Assembly: GCA_040954595.2 (NCBI GenBank)
Contig: CM082585.2
Coordinates: 944,814-1,008,813, forward strand
From: Balanoglossus misakiensis
Lineage: Eukaryota > Animalia > Hemichordata
Direction of reading: 5' to 3'
Length of the DNA: 64,000 bases
Below, in pieces: positions 39,400-51,442 of the stretch (within the stretch, counting starts at the first letter, position 1; each line of letters begins with the position of its first letter). A program made the position numbers and the translations under genes. The notes under the pieces were generated by a model. That model was not told where the DNA came from. It did no database searches and worked only from the letters and a program-made list of their open reading frames with translations.

Positions 39400-39653
39400 A
39401 TTTGCTGTCTCAGCATTTTTCACCAATGGTTTGTCTACGGGCGAAGATTTTAACGCAATTTATCTCATAATAGAGCTTGGTGACCACATAATTTTTTTTG
39501 ACCAATGAATTTACGTTTACTTGACTGAGCTATGTGTAAAATTTCGTGAAAAAGACAATAGTAGAAGTTTGTTTTCTGGCAATTATCGATGTAATCCTTT
39601 CAGGAACAGACACACATGCACTGTTTATCAGTTTATGTTGTGCGTGTACATCC
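39400..39653 (-). mobile_element. Repeat family B fragment
   Basis: Reverse complement of ~29265-29465; ends GTACATCC|TTAA. Confidence 0.6.
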
Positions 39654-39958
39654 TTAAATGGTATTTGCCTCTCATGCCTTCCAAATTGTGATTCTGTTCT
39701 AGTGTTTTTGTTAAGGGCGGTACCTAGATAAAATCTACCGGAGTACCCCAGTCACTCCGAATTAAAACAACAGAACAAGGCCAATGTCACAGTGGTCAGG
39801 CAGTCTACCAGAGTTCCCCAGTCATTTTACCGGGGTTCCCCTGGGTGTATCAATGTGGTTATATTAGGAGGTTATAGGAATATTAACGGGGTTCCCAAAT
39901 CCATTACCAGTGTTCCCCGACCTTTGCAAAAACACTGTGTTCTTTTTATCCTCCACAG

Positions 39959-40170
39959 GAAGAGACAAAGAAAAGCATAGCAACCTCTGCTGATACTGCC
40001 ACAACAAGCACAAGCACAAACACACCCCAGCCTGTAGCTTCTGCGAACCAACAACCCCCACCCTATCCAGCCGCAGCATACCAGCAACACTTCCAGCAGA
40101 TGTCATACCCGAACCCATTCGTGTCTCAGTACGCTGCGTTTGCAGGAGCCGGACAGCCGCCACGATATAA
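39959..40170 (+). other. Orphan exon-like T/P/Q/A-rich open frame
   Basis: Pyrimidine tract + CAG, then EETKKSIATSADTATTSTSTNTPQPVASANQQPPPYPAAAYQQHFQQMSYPNPFVSQY; no donor seen. Confidence 0.35.
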
Positions 40171-40179
40171 CATCAATTA

Positions 40180-41695
40180 TATTTGTTTTCTGAAAATGCC
40201 TATTGTTGACCAAAAGATGGCTAAATGGCAATTTTGTACTGAGCGGGGTGTCTCAATAAGACCGTTGTGCTGGTATCAGCATATTTTTTGCACACACACA
40301 CAAAAAAAAACGAATTTACATACATCACAAGGGCTCTGAATATAAAGGAATAAGTTTGTATTTATTTTTTCTAACAGTTACCTTTTTGAGCAAAGAGGCC
40401 AAAATGATATTTTTTTCCCTCAGTGGGGTCAGTAAGAGTGGGTTTTTTAGTACTTTTATTTATCATTTGATCACCAATGGGAAGAAAATGGCATAATTTT
40501 CGTATTTTCTAGAAATGACACTTTTTGGGCAAAAACTTGCCAAAAAGGCACTTTTATCTTGAGTGGCATCAATAAAACTGCTTTTTTGGAAACTTTTCAC
40601 ATACAGTGGGCATATAATTCATTATCAGATCTCCGAAAGTGAAGAAAATATATAAATTTTGAGTGTTTTCTGAAAATGACGTTTTGGGGGCAAAAAGTGG
40701 CAAAATGGCATTTTTTCTTGAGTAGGATCAATAAGACTGCTATTTCTGGAATCAGCACCATTTTTTACATAGGATGAACATTTCATATATCACATGATCT
40801 CTGAGCTTTATGAAGAAAAGTTTGTTTTTAAATTTTTTTCTAAAAATGGCCTTTTTGGGCAAAAACTTTCCAAAAGGGCATTTTTGCATTAGGTTGGGTC
40901 AATAAATCTGCTTTTTTTCGAATAATCACCAGATTTTACATAGGGTGGGCATATAATACATTATCAGATCTCCGAAAGTGAAGAAAATATATAAATTTTG
41001 TGTGTTTTCTGAAAATGACGTTTTGGGGCAAAAAGTGGCAAAAATGGCATTTTTTCTTGATTAGGGTCAATAAGACTGCTATTTCTGGAATCAGCACCAT
41101 TTTTTACATAGAATGGACATTTCATATATCCAATGATCTCTGAATATGATAAACACAATTTATTTTTAGTTTTTTTGTAAAAATGACCTTTTTTGACCAC
41201 AAAAAGTGGCCAAAAATGGCATTTTTGTATTGATTGAGGTCAAAAAGACTGCTTTATTTTTTAAAGTCACCACTTTTAACATAGAATTGACTTTCCATAT
41301 ATCACCAGATCAATCATTATGAAGAAAACCGTGTGTTTTATTTTTTTTCTAAAAATGACGTTTTTAGGGCAAAAATTGGTCAAAAAGGCAATTTTCTGTT
41401 GTTTTGGGTCAATCGAACTACTTTTTTCGTAATATTCACCAAATTTTACATAGAATAAGCATATCATATGTTATCAGATCTCAGAATGTGACGAAAACAA
41501 TGTGTTTTTAGTGTTTTCTAAAAAAAGACCATTTTGGGGTTAAAAATGGCCAAAATGGCAATTTTGTCTTGAGTGGGGTTAATAAGACTGACTTTTTTGG
41601 AATGAGCACCATTTTTTACATAGAATGGACTTCTCAAACCTTCCTTACCAAAAATTCTGATTAACGGCACCTATCTCATAGTGTAACCAGACTAC
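40180..41695. repeat. Diverged ~170-bp tandem array with partial 340-bp dimer structure
   Basis: GGTCAATAAGACTGC-like motif at ~40561, 40721, 40891, 41061, 41232, 41402, 41571; segment at ~40620 nearly identical to ~40960. Confidence 0.85.
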
Positions 41696-43953
41696 AAGTG
41701 AAGAACCCCAGTAACAGACGTAACGAACAAACAAACTACATGTACTAACAACAAAGCAAGAAAAGTGTCAAGCGTCGTCAAAGAAAACGAAATAGTTCTA
41801 GCATGGTTGGTAAAAGTTATTGGTAGAAAACGAATAGGGCCTTCTACAAATGACGTCTCAGACCCGCAAACGCCACCAGAACACAAAACACATGCACAGA
41901 ACAGTTTAAGCCGGTTGTTGTATGGAGCAGCAATAATCTGCGGTTGGGCCGTCGTAGATTTTCGCTGGTGGTGAAAATAAATAAAACACGATCGATGTTC
42001 GATTTATTCCAGATCACATGCGTTTACGGCCAGAAGAGAGCATAAAAGTCTTCAAATGACCATGTGGTGGCGCACTTTTTCCGATTGGCTGTATTTCAAT
42101 TTGTTCGTGGTAAATTAATTTTGTGGAGGTGACCGGCACTGAAGCTCTTAGCTAGGATGAGGTGGGATGGAAAAATGCCCCATTTGACTCATTTTAGCTG
42201 TTTTAAAATATACGACTATTTATAGACAAAAGGAAAATAAAACAAGCGCAAAAACATACCAAACCTAGTTTTATTAATTACAAAAAAAATTGCTGAGTAA
42301 AGGTTTTCATGTGGGCATTCACTTTGAACTTGCTAAATTAATTTAAAGAGACAAAGTCGCTCTCTCTTTGTCCTTTTGCGATGATGGAATGCTTGCTTGA
42401 AGTCTCTCGTGCAATAAATGATGTCGATTCATACATGTATGGATGGTGTATAGGTGGTCGGAATTTACATGTCTTTGCCACGTCCAAACCAAAAACACAT
42501 AAAATCAAACTTTGGGTCATGAAATCGAGTTTTGTTACAGTCTAGAATTTCATGCCACCCCTTTTGGTCATATTATTCTTGGTAGGCAAAAGTGACAAGT
42601 AGTCAAGTTTCAACACAGGCAACATTTTTACAAACAAACCACAAAGAAGACATCAAAAGGGAGAGAATTATAGAATGGTCAATGTGTGAATAGTTAAGAT
42701 ACGTAAAGTGGCCGGGTTCAACATAACATTAACTCATCGACTTCGTATCGTCTTCATGCCATGGTTTTGCCTGCCCTGAAAGTTCTTGTCGTTGCAGAAG
42801 TGGTTTTGACAGAAAGAATTTAGTCTTCCGGGATGTTTGTGATTATTTGAACACCAGACAATACAATGCAACCTTGACTTCCAAAATACTTACCGGCATT
42901 GCATTATCTTACCATGGTTAGGCCTACAGAGAACAAATTTTCAACAATATTTTCTGAGTTACCGCTGATATTTGTTTTGTAGTATGGATATTAAATTATA
43001 CATCCCGATACAAAACAGAATGTTATAGAATCCTTCCTGAGTGATATTGAAAAAAATACCGGAATGCTATAGCCTAATCTATGGTTAGGGTTATTGCTAT
43101 TATTTTATATCAGTAATCGACTTTGTGTATATCAATGTCATTTTCATAACGAAAATGAACTCGAGTCTAATGTAAACGTTACGAATTGATCGAAAGGCGC
43201 TCTGATGAATGTTAACACGAGTGCGCAATGACAAGACATGCATCGTGCATGACAGTGACAACAGTTCCAATAGAGCAGTTAAAAAATAAACCGGCCGTCC
43301 GTAAATTTATCAGCTATATTTTTTTTTATTTAGTCACGTTTTCCCTGTTGCATGCTATTAGTTCAGGGGCCAGTTTTAGCAGTGCTCTATTGAGTACTTT
43401 CGTATCGATGGATTGATCTCTCGTCCAATCAGAATGGCGGATGGTAGCATGATCCGACATATTGCGTATTACAATAGGGCTTCCTCATACAGGTCAGAAC
43501 AGAGAGGTCATTCCTTTTATTTTAGGACGTCTCAGCTCCTTTGTCTTTTCTGTTATTTTTTGACAAATGCGGATTGACGTTCCATTTCCAATTGGCGATA
43601 ATTATATTTATTTGTATTTTATTGCATAAGCGCTTGCTAGTCGTTTTTTAGCAATTTTTTTTGTAGTACAAAAACACTGAAGAAAACGAAATATTTTATT
43701 CATTCGCACTTCCAAAGAACACCGTGACATAATTCCTCAATTTGCATTTCAGTGTGTGTGTCTGGTGTGTCTGCATTGACGTGAGGCGCATTCTCCACCC
43801 GCACACATACGTTGCATTGCATTCTTTGACTAATTAGTGTTACGTCATGTTGAAGCAGGATTCTGATTGAGTAGTAAGTAAGTTGCATAATTGACGCACA
43901 GCTGGTGCCTCGTTCTCGTACCGCTGACCATTGCATTTGAAAAATCATTGCAG

Positions 43954-44016
43954 CTTTGACGTTCATCAAGCATGGAGGTCCCGGTCGCCTCCATGCTTGA
44001 TGATGTCGTTTCTCTG
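43954..44016 (+). other. Candidate mini-exon A containing a perfect 16-bp hairpin
   Basis: TTGCAG acceptor and GTAAGC donor; stem 43963-43978 / 43988-44003. Confidence 0.45.
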
Positions 44017-44261
44017 GTAAGCATGGCATTTAATGTTATTTTACAAGTACATGTACACTCCTTCTAGCAAAAACTGGTCGTGGTAGGGCGAGAGGGTCCT
44101 CCCAACATCGAAATTCTGACTTTGGGAAGCGTTACAGCACCAAACAGTAAACTCACAGTCGCATGGAATTTGTGCGTTATATTACACCGTGCGAGTAAAT
44201 TGTACGTCGTTCGTTGGCTCGAGTCAGCTTTGTTATTGTGGAGCAGGTGGTACCGTAACAC

Positions 44262-44678
44262 CACAGGGGGCTCTCCCTAGGCGATTTTATTGTTTGTTTG
44301 TTGTTGTTGATTGGCATAATAAACAAATACATATTTCTTTATTAATAAATATGGTTTGTTGACATGTAAGGGTTAGGTTATTAGGGTATATTTGACAGGT
44401 TATGGTATATTCAACGGTTAGAATTAGTGTTGGCATTTTTTCGATCCATGGCCGGCATCACCCCCCCAAACCCCCCCCCCCCCCACCCCCTGTGGCTTAG
44501 TGATGCCCGGGGCCGTGGATCGAAAAAAAATGCCAACAGTAACCCTAACTGTTGAATATACCCTAACACTTACATGTCAACAAACCATATTTATTAATAA
44601 AGAAATATGTATTTGTTTATTATGCCAATCAACAACAACAAACAAACAATAAAATCGCGGAGGGAGGAGCCCCCTGTG
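44262..44678. mobile_element. Foldback MITE with 7-bp TSD (P-superfamily/Galileo-like)
   Basis: GTAACAC at 44255-44261 and 44679-44685; termini CACAGGGGGCT / AGCCCCCTGTG; arms of ~180-200 bp around a poly-C spacer. Confidence 0.85.
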
Positions 44679-44881
44679 GTAACACACTACAGTATAACTT
44701 TTAAGGCAAAGCGATAGCGAATAAACTGACCAGGGTTGGTTTTGTTGTTGGGGAGATTTTTGGCACCATTGAGACTGTTATAAGCTACCAGTGGGAGCTA
44801 TGGTATAGCCGTTAACACGCAGCCCTGCCACGCAGAGCTTCTATGACTGGTTACTAACTTCTATGTCTATTTGATTCACAG

Positions 44882-44956
44882 ATGCTGTCTGAAACTGTCT
44901 GCGTTTCAACTCGGGATTCTCTTCCTTGTCCGGGGCGAGTTTAAGACCGCTCAATG
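44882..44956 (+). other. Candidate mini-exon B (75 bp)
   Basis: TACTAAC branch point, TTTGATTCACAG acceptor, G|GTAAGC donor; signals conserved in the duplicate. Confidence 0.6.
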
Positions 44957-45198
44957 GTAAGCATGACTTGCTTTATATTTGCTTTTATCGGGTGTTGCAA
45001 CCGAAACAATAGGAAGAAATGTATGTCTACGAACTAATTTACATATTCCGGCTTTCAATACAATGTACCTGTTTTTTCCCCTTCGAATTCTGGCCTCGAT
45101 TGCTTGTGATATGATCGTGATGTCATGAATTAGATGGACAACTCACAAGTTCAAATCTTCACGTGGAGCATAAAATAAATGTGGATGCATTTCCTTAA

Positions 45199-45545
45199 AG
45201 GGACAAAGTCTCTCTCTCGCTGCCCTTTTTTCCATTAATTATATTTGATACAAGACACCGTTTGTTATTTTACATGTAGATATATAGTGAATGAACGTTC
45301 AGCCACACACAACTTCCGTCCCACTTGTAGACACGAGAGTAAAAATACTCGCCAAAATGAATAATCGTTCTTTACCATTTATTCATTTTGGGCGAGTTTT
45401 TACTCTCATATCATACAAGCGGGATGGAAGTTTTGTGTGGTTGATCATTTATTCACTATATATCCAAATGTACATTGACATAAACAGTGTCTTGTATCAA
45501 ACATAATTAATGGAAAAAGGACAGCGACAGAGAGACTTTGTCCCT
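45199..45545. mobile_element. MITE family A, full-length near-palindromic copy (Kolobok/T2-type)
   Basis: TTAA|AGGGACAAAGTCTCTCT...AGAGAGACTTTGTCCCT|TTAA; the paralogous site at ~51664 has a single TTAA. Confidence 0.95.
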
Positions 45546-45883
45546 TTAACCATATAGCTAAAATTACTCCCATATCAATACACAGGGAGATACTTTAACT
45601 TTGGCTGAACGTGTGCTAGTCCAACACTATGCTTAATCAAACTGGCTAAGAGATCTGTTATTATATTAGACGCATGAAGGAAAGTAATGTTGTTTAGAGT
45701 GAAATAAAACAATACTTTAGGCCAGAAAGAAAAATGTAAATCATGACACAAATAGGCTGGAAATTTTTTCTGACCCTATATTATACCATGTTTTGCATAT
45801 TTTCACTAATTTGTATGGCCCACATAATTCTAAAGCAAGGTTGATTGGTTACTAATTAATATTTGCATATATTTGATTCACAG

Positions 45884-45956
45884 TCTTAAACACAGCATTT
45901 CAACGTATGCCGGAGGAGGAAGAGAATACCTAGGCCTGATCCAAGACCGCTTTCCG
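45884..45956 (+). other. Candidate mini-exon C (73 bp)
   Basis: TACTAAT branch point, TTTGATTCACAG acceptor, G|GTAAGC donor. Confidence 0.6.
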
Positions 45957-47429
45957 GTAAGCACACCTTGCTGTATACATGCTCCATAGCTTGTTTGTAA
46001 ATGCTACCTTTTCCCATCAAATAGTGAAGTCACCCTTTTAAAATTATGGTGGTTGCAAGCCACAACTGGTTATCATGAAGAGTTGGACACCACTAATAAT
46101 CATTTTAATATTTTCCAATTGGTAACCTTTATGTACCACTATCCTCAACAATTTCAGTCAACAAGATTCATATTGCGCTGTATAGCAAGGCCAAACAAAT
46201 ATGACTGATTGATAGGGATTTTTCTGAAAATGTGACAAAATCAACAAATAAACAATAATCAGTCACCAATCATGCATTATGTGTTATTCGAGGGAACCTG
46301 AGCGGGTCCCATAAACCTGCCAACCCATGCTAGCCATGACTTTACAAATGTTTCCGTCATACTATGCAGAAAATTCTGGCTGCCTTAAATAGGTTTTTCA
46401 CTTTGCGCTAGGTGTCAAATCTCATTGCATTTTGGGCGGAAAGTCCATAACCAACTGTAGTAAGAGATAGAAGAAATGATATGTTTACTGTATTTCATGA
46501 CTTCCTTCGGTCAAACATTTCTGTCTCGGTAGTTAGCATATTAAACTTTTTTTCACTTTTGCTATTTTTTCTGTTAAAAAGTTCAAGAATGACCCATCAT
46601 CATTTTAGCTTATGAACTCCCATTTCTTTAACATGGCAAAAATCGGCCATCTTGAAATTATCGACCGTATGAGATTTTCATCACTCATTTAGGGTAGCTT
46701 AAAACGTGTTTAAAGTAGGGAGAATTGTATAGGCAAGACTTGGGCTGTAAATTTGATGAAATAGCTACATGACTATTGTTCACAAGCAGCTGACTGTACT
46801 GTAAGACTGGAAGTGTTGTGTACATATTTTACATATTCAATATTTGTAATTAGACCATGTCATGTATATCTTGGGGATTGCTCGATCACAATGTCTCTGC
46901 TGGTACAATGTCCTTTTAACATGTTCAGTAATATGGTAGTAATTGTAAGTTTGTGTGCGGCATTTGTAAATTATTTACAATTTATAAATTATTTTTTAAG
47001 TTTCTTCATTCTCAAATTGCTTGCCTAACGTACTGCATTAACATTTAAATTTTGGTATGATTTTGAGTAGACTTTTTGTTTCAAAATTATTTTTGACACT
47101 TTTGGGTGATATGATTTTACATGGAAAATCTGATTTCCCTGTAATTCGGTTGACAGGATTTTCATCATATCTCTAAATCATGAAGTACATGTATCAGACT
47201 TGCATCAGGCCCCCAAAATTCTAGTCGCCTTTGGCAAGTAATATTAGCCATTGATCTGGGAAAGTTACAAAAATGTGTTGTCCAAGGACGTTGAAGGTAC
47301 ATGTGGTTTTTACACTTGCTGCATGTTTATAATTTGCAATGGAAATAGACACTCAGTGCCAGCCCACTATCCCGTCTCTTTATTGCTGACTTGTATGTAT
47401 GTACGTATGTACGCATTTTATCAGAATTA

Positions 47430-50400
47430 TTAGGTCCCATTTGGTATATGTATTTATACCATGGTACCTTACGGGATCAGTTGCACCTGTATGTATGGAT
47501 GTTTGTATGTCCATCAACATCAAACATTTGGAAACTACTGGCATTTCACCTTGATATTTAATGTGCAGACAGGGCAGTAGATGGGAGTTTGTCTAAGTGA
47601 AGTTGTCATTGCCAAAATATGCAAATTAGCTGGGAAAGTGTCAAATTCGTCAAAACTTGGGAACTCAACAACTACTGGGCAAATTGCTTTCAAAATTGAT
47701 AATTGGTATGCATGTACCTTATGGTATCCTCTCACAATTCTACATGTTGTGAGCTAATAATGTGAATTTTCTATTTTTAAGCATTTTTTTTGTCTCTTTC
47801 CACATTGTCGGTAAAAACCTACTTTTCTGGAATTGATCAGCTGACTTGTTTGAAATTTATTATGAAGCTTCATAGGTGATCTGAGTTACCAACCATAGTT
47901 TTGTTTAAATTGTTGCCAAAAATTGCGTATTTATAATTTTGGAGCAATTTTTAGGTCCCATTTGGTTTATGTACATATATACGATTGGGACCTTATGGAA
48001 TCAGTTGCATTTGTATGTATGAGTGAATGGATGAAAACCGCTGGGCATATCACTTCCATATTTAGTGTGTAGATGCAGGCGGGGCTGTAGATGGGATTTT
48101 GTTCAAATGAAATTGTCATTGCCAAAATATTACCTGTGTAAATGTGAAATTGGTCAAAAGTCAGAAACTTGACAACCACTGGTCAGATTGGTATGTCAAT
48201 GAACCCCATACAGTCCTGTATGTTGTGAGCTAATATTATGAATTTTCTAATGTTTATTAATTTTTTTTGTCTTTTTCCACATTATTGGTAAAAAAAAATC
48301 TTCACTTCTGAAAGCGATAGTCCGACTCCTTCGAAATTTAGTATGAAGCTTCCTATGGGTGGTCCGAGTTACCATATTTTTTGTTCAGATTGTTGTAAAA
48401 TAGGCATATTTATAATTTTGAGCAATTTTGCCAATTAAGGTCAGAATGCTTTGCAATTTGGTAGGCAGATTCCCAGGGGTAACCCAAGGAAGATGTCATA
48501 AAAATGGTTAAAACTGCGTGCTTGTGTTATTGGGGATATTTTTTGCAATCTTTGTCAAAAACTGTTTTCTGTTAAACCGTTCAAACCCTTGTCAGATTGC
48601 TTTGAATTTTGGCAGGAATGTTCCTTGTAGTGATTGAAGTAAGATGGTGTACAATTATAGAGATGTTTGCATATTTGTGTTTTTGCCACTTTTGAACAAA
48701 TGTGTTTTTCTTTGAAACTGCTTTTTTGATGGCTTTGAAATATGGTAGGAATATTCCTAGGGGTAACCCAATTTTTAGCTCACCTGAAAATCACGTGAGC
48801 TTATAGTTTAGCGATGTCTGTGTATGTGTGTGTCTGTCTGTATACCCGATATCTCAAGAACCGCTGAACCGATTTCAACCAAATTTAGTACACAGGTTCA
48901 GATATCATATGGCAAGAACTGAAAAGGTTTTGGTGGGTGTGGCTTTGATATTAATGAAGTTATTAAAGTTTTAATTTTTCTATTACATGGTTGTCTATGA
49001 GAGCTTTCGTTAATGCTGCATATATGACCAGTGGAAACGATAGTTTGAAGAGATCGACTGTTTGAGGGCGCTGTGAAATGAGACATTCCTGGCGATATTG
49101 CCGTGGTTCTGTCCATGCTCAGACGCTGTACCCGTCGTTACGAATAACTTCCCTACGTGAATCCACAAGGAAGCTAACGTTGTTTAGTTGCTTCATAGAG
49201 CGTAAATTGTTAATCTACAGGACCGTCAGACGAATACTCTTTTCAAATGAAGTTTGAAACCACTTACGAGTAAGTTAGTGGAGACAATATGGCGGATAGT
49301 TGGCGTGCAGCCGAATCCGCGTTATGACTATGACGTGACCCATTCATCAAGACAAACCGTAAATGATTCACGCATATTGTGGTCCTCACGCAGTCAATCT
49401 CAAAATGTCACCAGGCTTTCTATTTGTCTATTGTTCAGAGAAAAATAACATGGCGGTTGATCACACTCAACAGTAAAATCCGTTTTGTGTGTTTATAGAC
49501 AGTCTGTTATCGCCAATACTATATAGCGATTGCTAGATGGCCTACCCAATATGTGATCGAGCGAGAATGATAACATTGAATGTCTGTTCAGATCTCATTC
49601 CGTACGTCATACGTCAACATTTCGATTTCGATTTAATCCATTCATAAAGAATTTAGAGAAAGTCGTCTTGAATTGTGACCCCGACTATCAATTAGTTTAC
49701 GATGATTTTTTGGCGACGGAATACACGAGATGCCATTGCATAACTACGTCAGCTGGACTTCCAAGGTTACCATTTTGTGTGTATGGAATCTTATCACAGA
49801 GCCTACGTACTTTGACAATATGCCATGCTATATCAATGACGCCCCAGAAAATTTGTCAAAAAATGAATTTGTCTTCTCATGGTGGTGCAATATATTTTAA
49901 TGTCTATTTTGAGGTTGATTTTGGTTTTTGGCTAACATGTATATAAATGTCAGCTTATAGCATAAGTTGGTGTCCGTCGGCTATGTATGTCTGTATGTGT
50001 GCCTCATACAGAATTATGTATTTTGTGAATGGATCAGTTTCGTCTTAATGTATTGATGTATGTATGTGTATGTCCATCAACATCAAAAACTTGAAACTAC
50101 TGATATTTAGTGTGTACATAGAAATTGTTATTGCGAAAAAATGCATACTGGTATTAACTGGAAAAATGTTCAAATAGTCAAAATTGAAAAACTTAATAAC
50201 AGCGGATCAGATTAAGTTAAAAATTGGCGTGCATTGGTGTGCAAGTACTTTGGGAAGACCTCGTATGATTTTGTTCAGGTGGAGTCAGTATCTGGCGTTT
50301 CCTATTTTTTATGATTTTTTTGGGGAATTTTCTGCAGTTTTGTTAAAAAAAAATTTTCTCTGAAATTACATGTCCAATTGATTGGAAACTTGGTATGGAG

Positions 50401-51110
50401 GTTCATAGGGCTTACCTGAATCACATTTGTGCAAACGGTGGTGAAATTTGCAAAAATGCATTTTTGGGCAATATTTCCTGTTTTTGCCAAAAAATCCAAT
50501 CCTGTGAAATGTAGGTGCAATTGTTTTGATACTTTGTATTTGGGTTTCTAGGGGTGATCTCAGTCAGATATGATCAAATTGTAATGAAATTTGCATAATT
50601 GTATTTTTTGGGAATTTCTGCAGGGTTTGGCCAAATAGTCTTCGGTAATACCACAAGTCCAATTGGTTGGAAACTTTGAATGGGAATTCATATATGTGAT
50701 ATCAGTCAGATTTGTCTGAATTTCCTGTTGTTTGCCAAAATGTCTTCCTTATTGAAACTTGTTAAAGAGGTTCTTAGGCATGAACAGAAATCAGATTTGT
50801 TGAAATCTGGTGAAATATTCATACTTTTTGGTATATTTCTTGCCATTTTTGATCAAAGAGTTTTAGAATTCCATAGACTTATTATTTTTATGCAGTTCAG
50901 GATGGGGTACATGACTCATAACCCCTTACAAAAATTGACAAGGCAACAATTCCACAAACATGTTTACATTTCACAATGGTGCAACACACAACCCTTACAC
51001 CATATACACTATAAACCAAAATGGTTTAAAACTGGTTTTTCTAATCTTGTTATTCTGTCAACCAATCACAGTACTGCACGCGAGCATATTCAGTTAATAT
51101 CTGGTTCCTG
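47430..51110 (+). mobile_element. Cluster of Helentron/HINE-like non-autonomous elements
   Basis: Starts at T-rich sites with short IRs (TAGGTCCCAT..ATGG(T/G)ACCTTA at ~47431 and ~47952; AGCTCAC..GTGAGCT at ~48777; another at ~49930), followed by TGTA/TCTG microsatellite and diverged core repeats. Confidence 0.6.
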
Positions 51111-51367
51111 ATTGCTTTGGAAGTTAGTTAACAATTTCATAACACATGTACATGTATGTGCAACTTTGATTAAATTCTGGTTGTCAATATTTAGGTAGTT
51201 TGTTGTAAGTTTCTTTGTTTTTGGATAGCAAATCTTTTTAACCAATTGCTCAGTTTCTTTGAAAGTTACTGTTAACAAGGAGAGTTAGTACACCCAACTT
51301 AGACTTTTACACCCAACTTAGAGCTACTATGACTGGTTACTAACTTCTATATCTATTTGATTCACAG

Positions 51368-51442
51368 ATGCTGCCTGAAATTGTCTGCATTTCAACTCGG
51401 GATTCTCTTCCTCGTCTGGGGCGAGTTTAAGACCGCTCAATG
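51368..51442 (+). other. Candidate mini-exon B' (duplicate of B)
   Basis: Same splice signals; 5 substitutions vs B. Confidence 0.6.

Larger units (their letters stand above)
44835..48702 (+). repeat. Local segmental duplication, copy 1
   Basis: Colinear with ~51320-56537 apart from indels; 6 differences in a 120-bp stretch checked by eye. Confidence 0.9.

Noticed and set aside
49000-49920. CpG-rich stretch with ATGGCGG motifs as a host promoter
   Set aside because: Embedded within a Helentron-like cluster with no linked exon seen.
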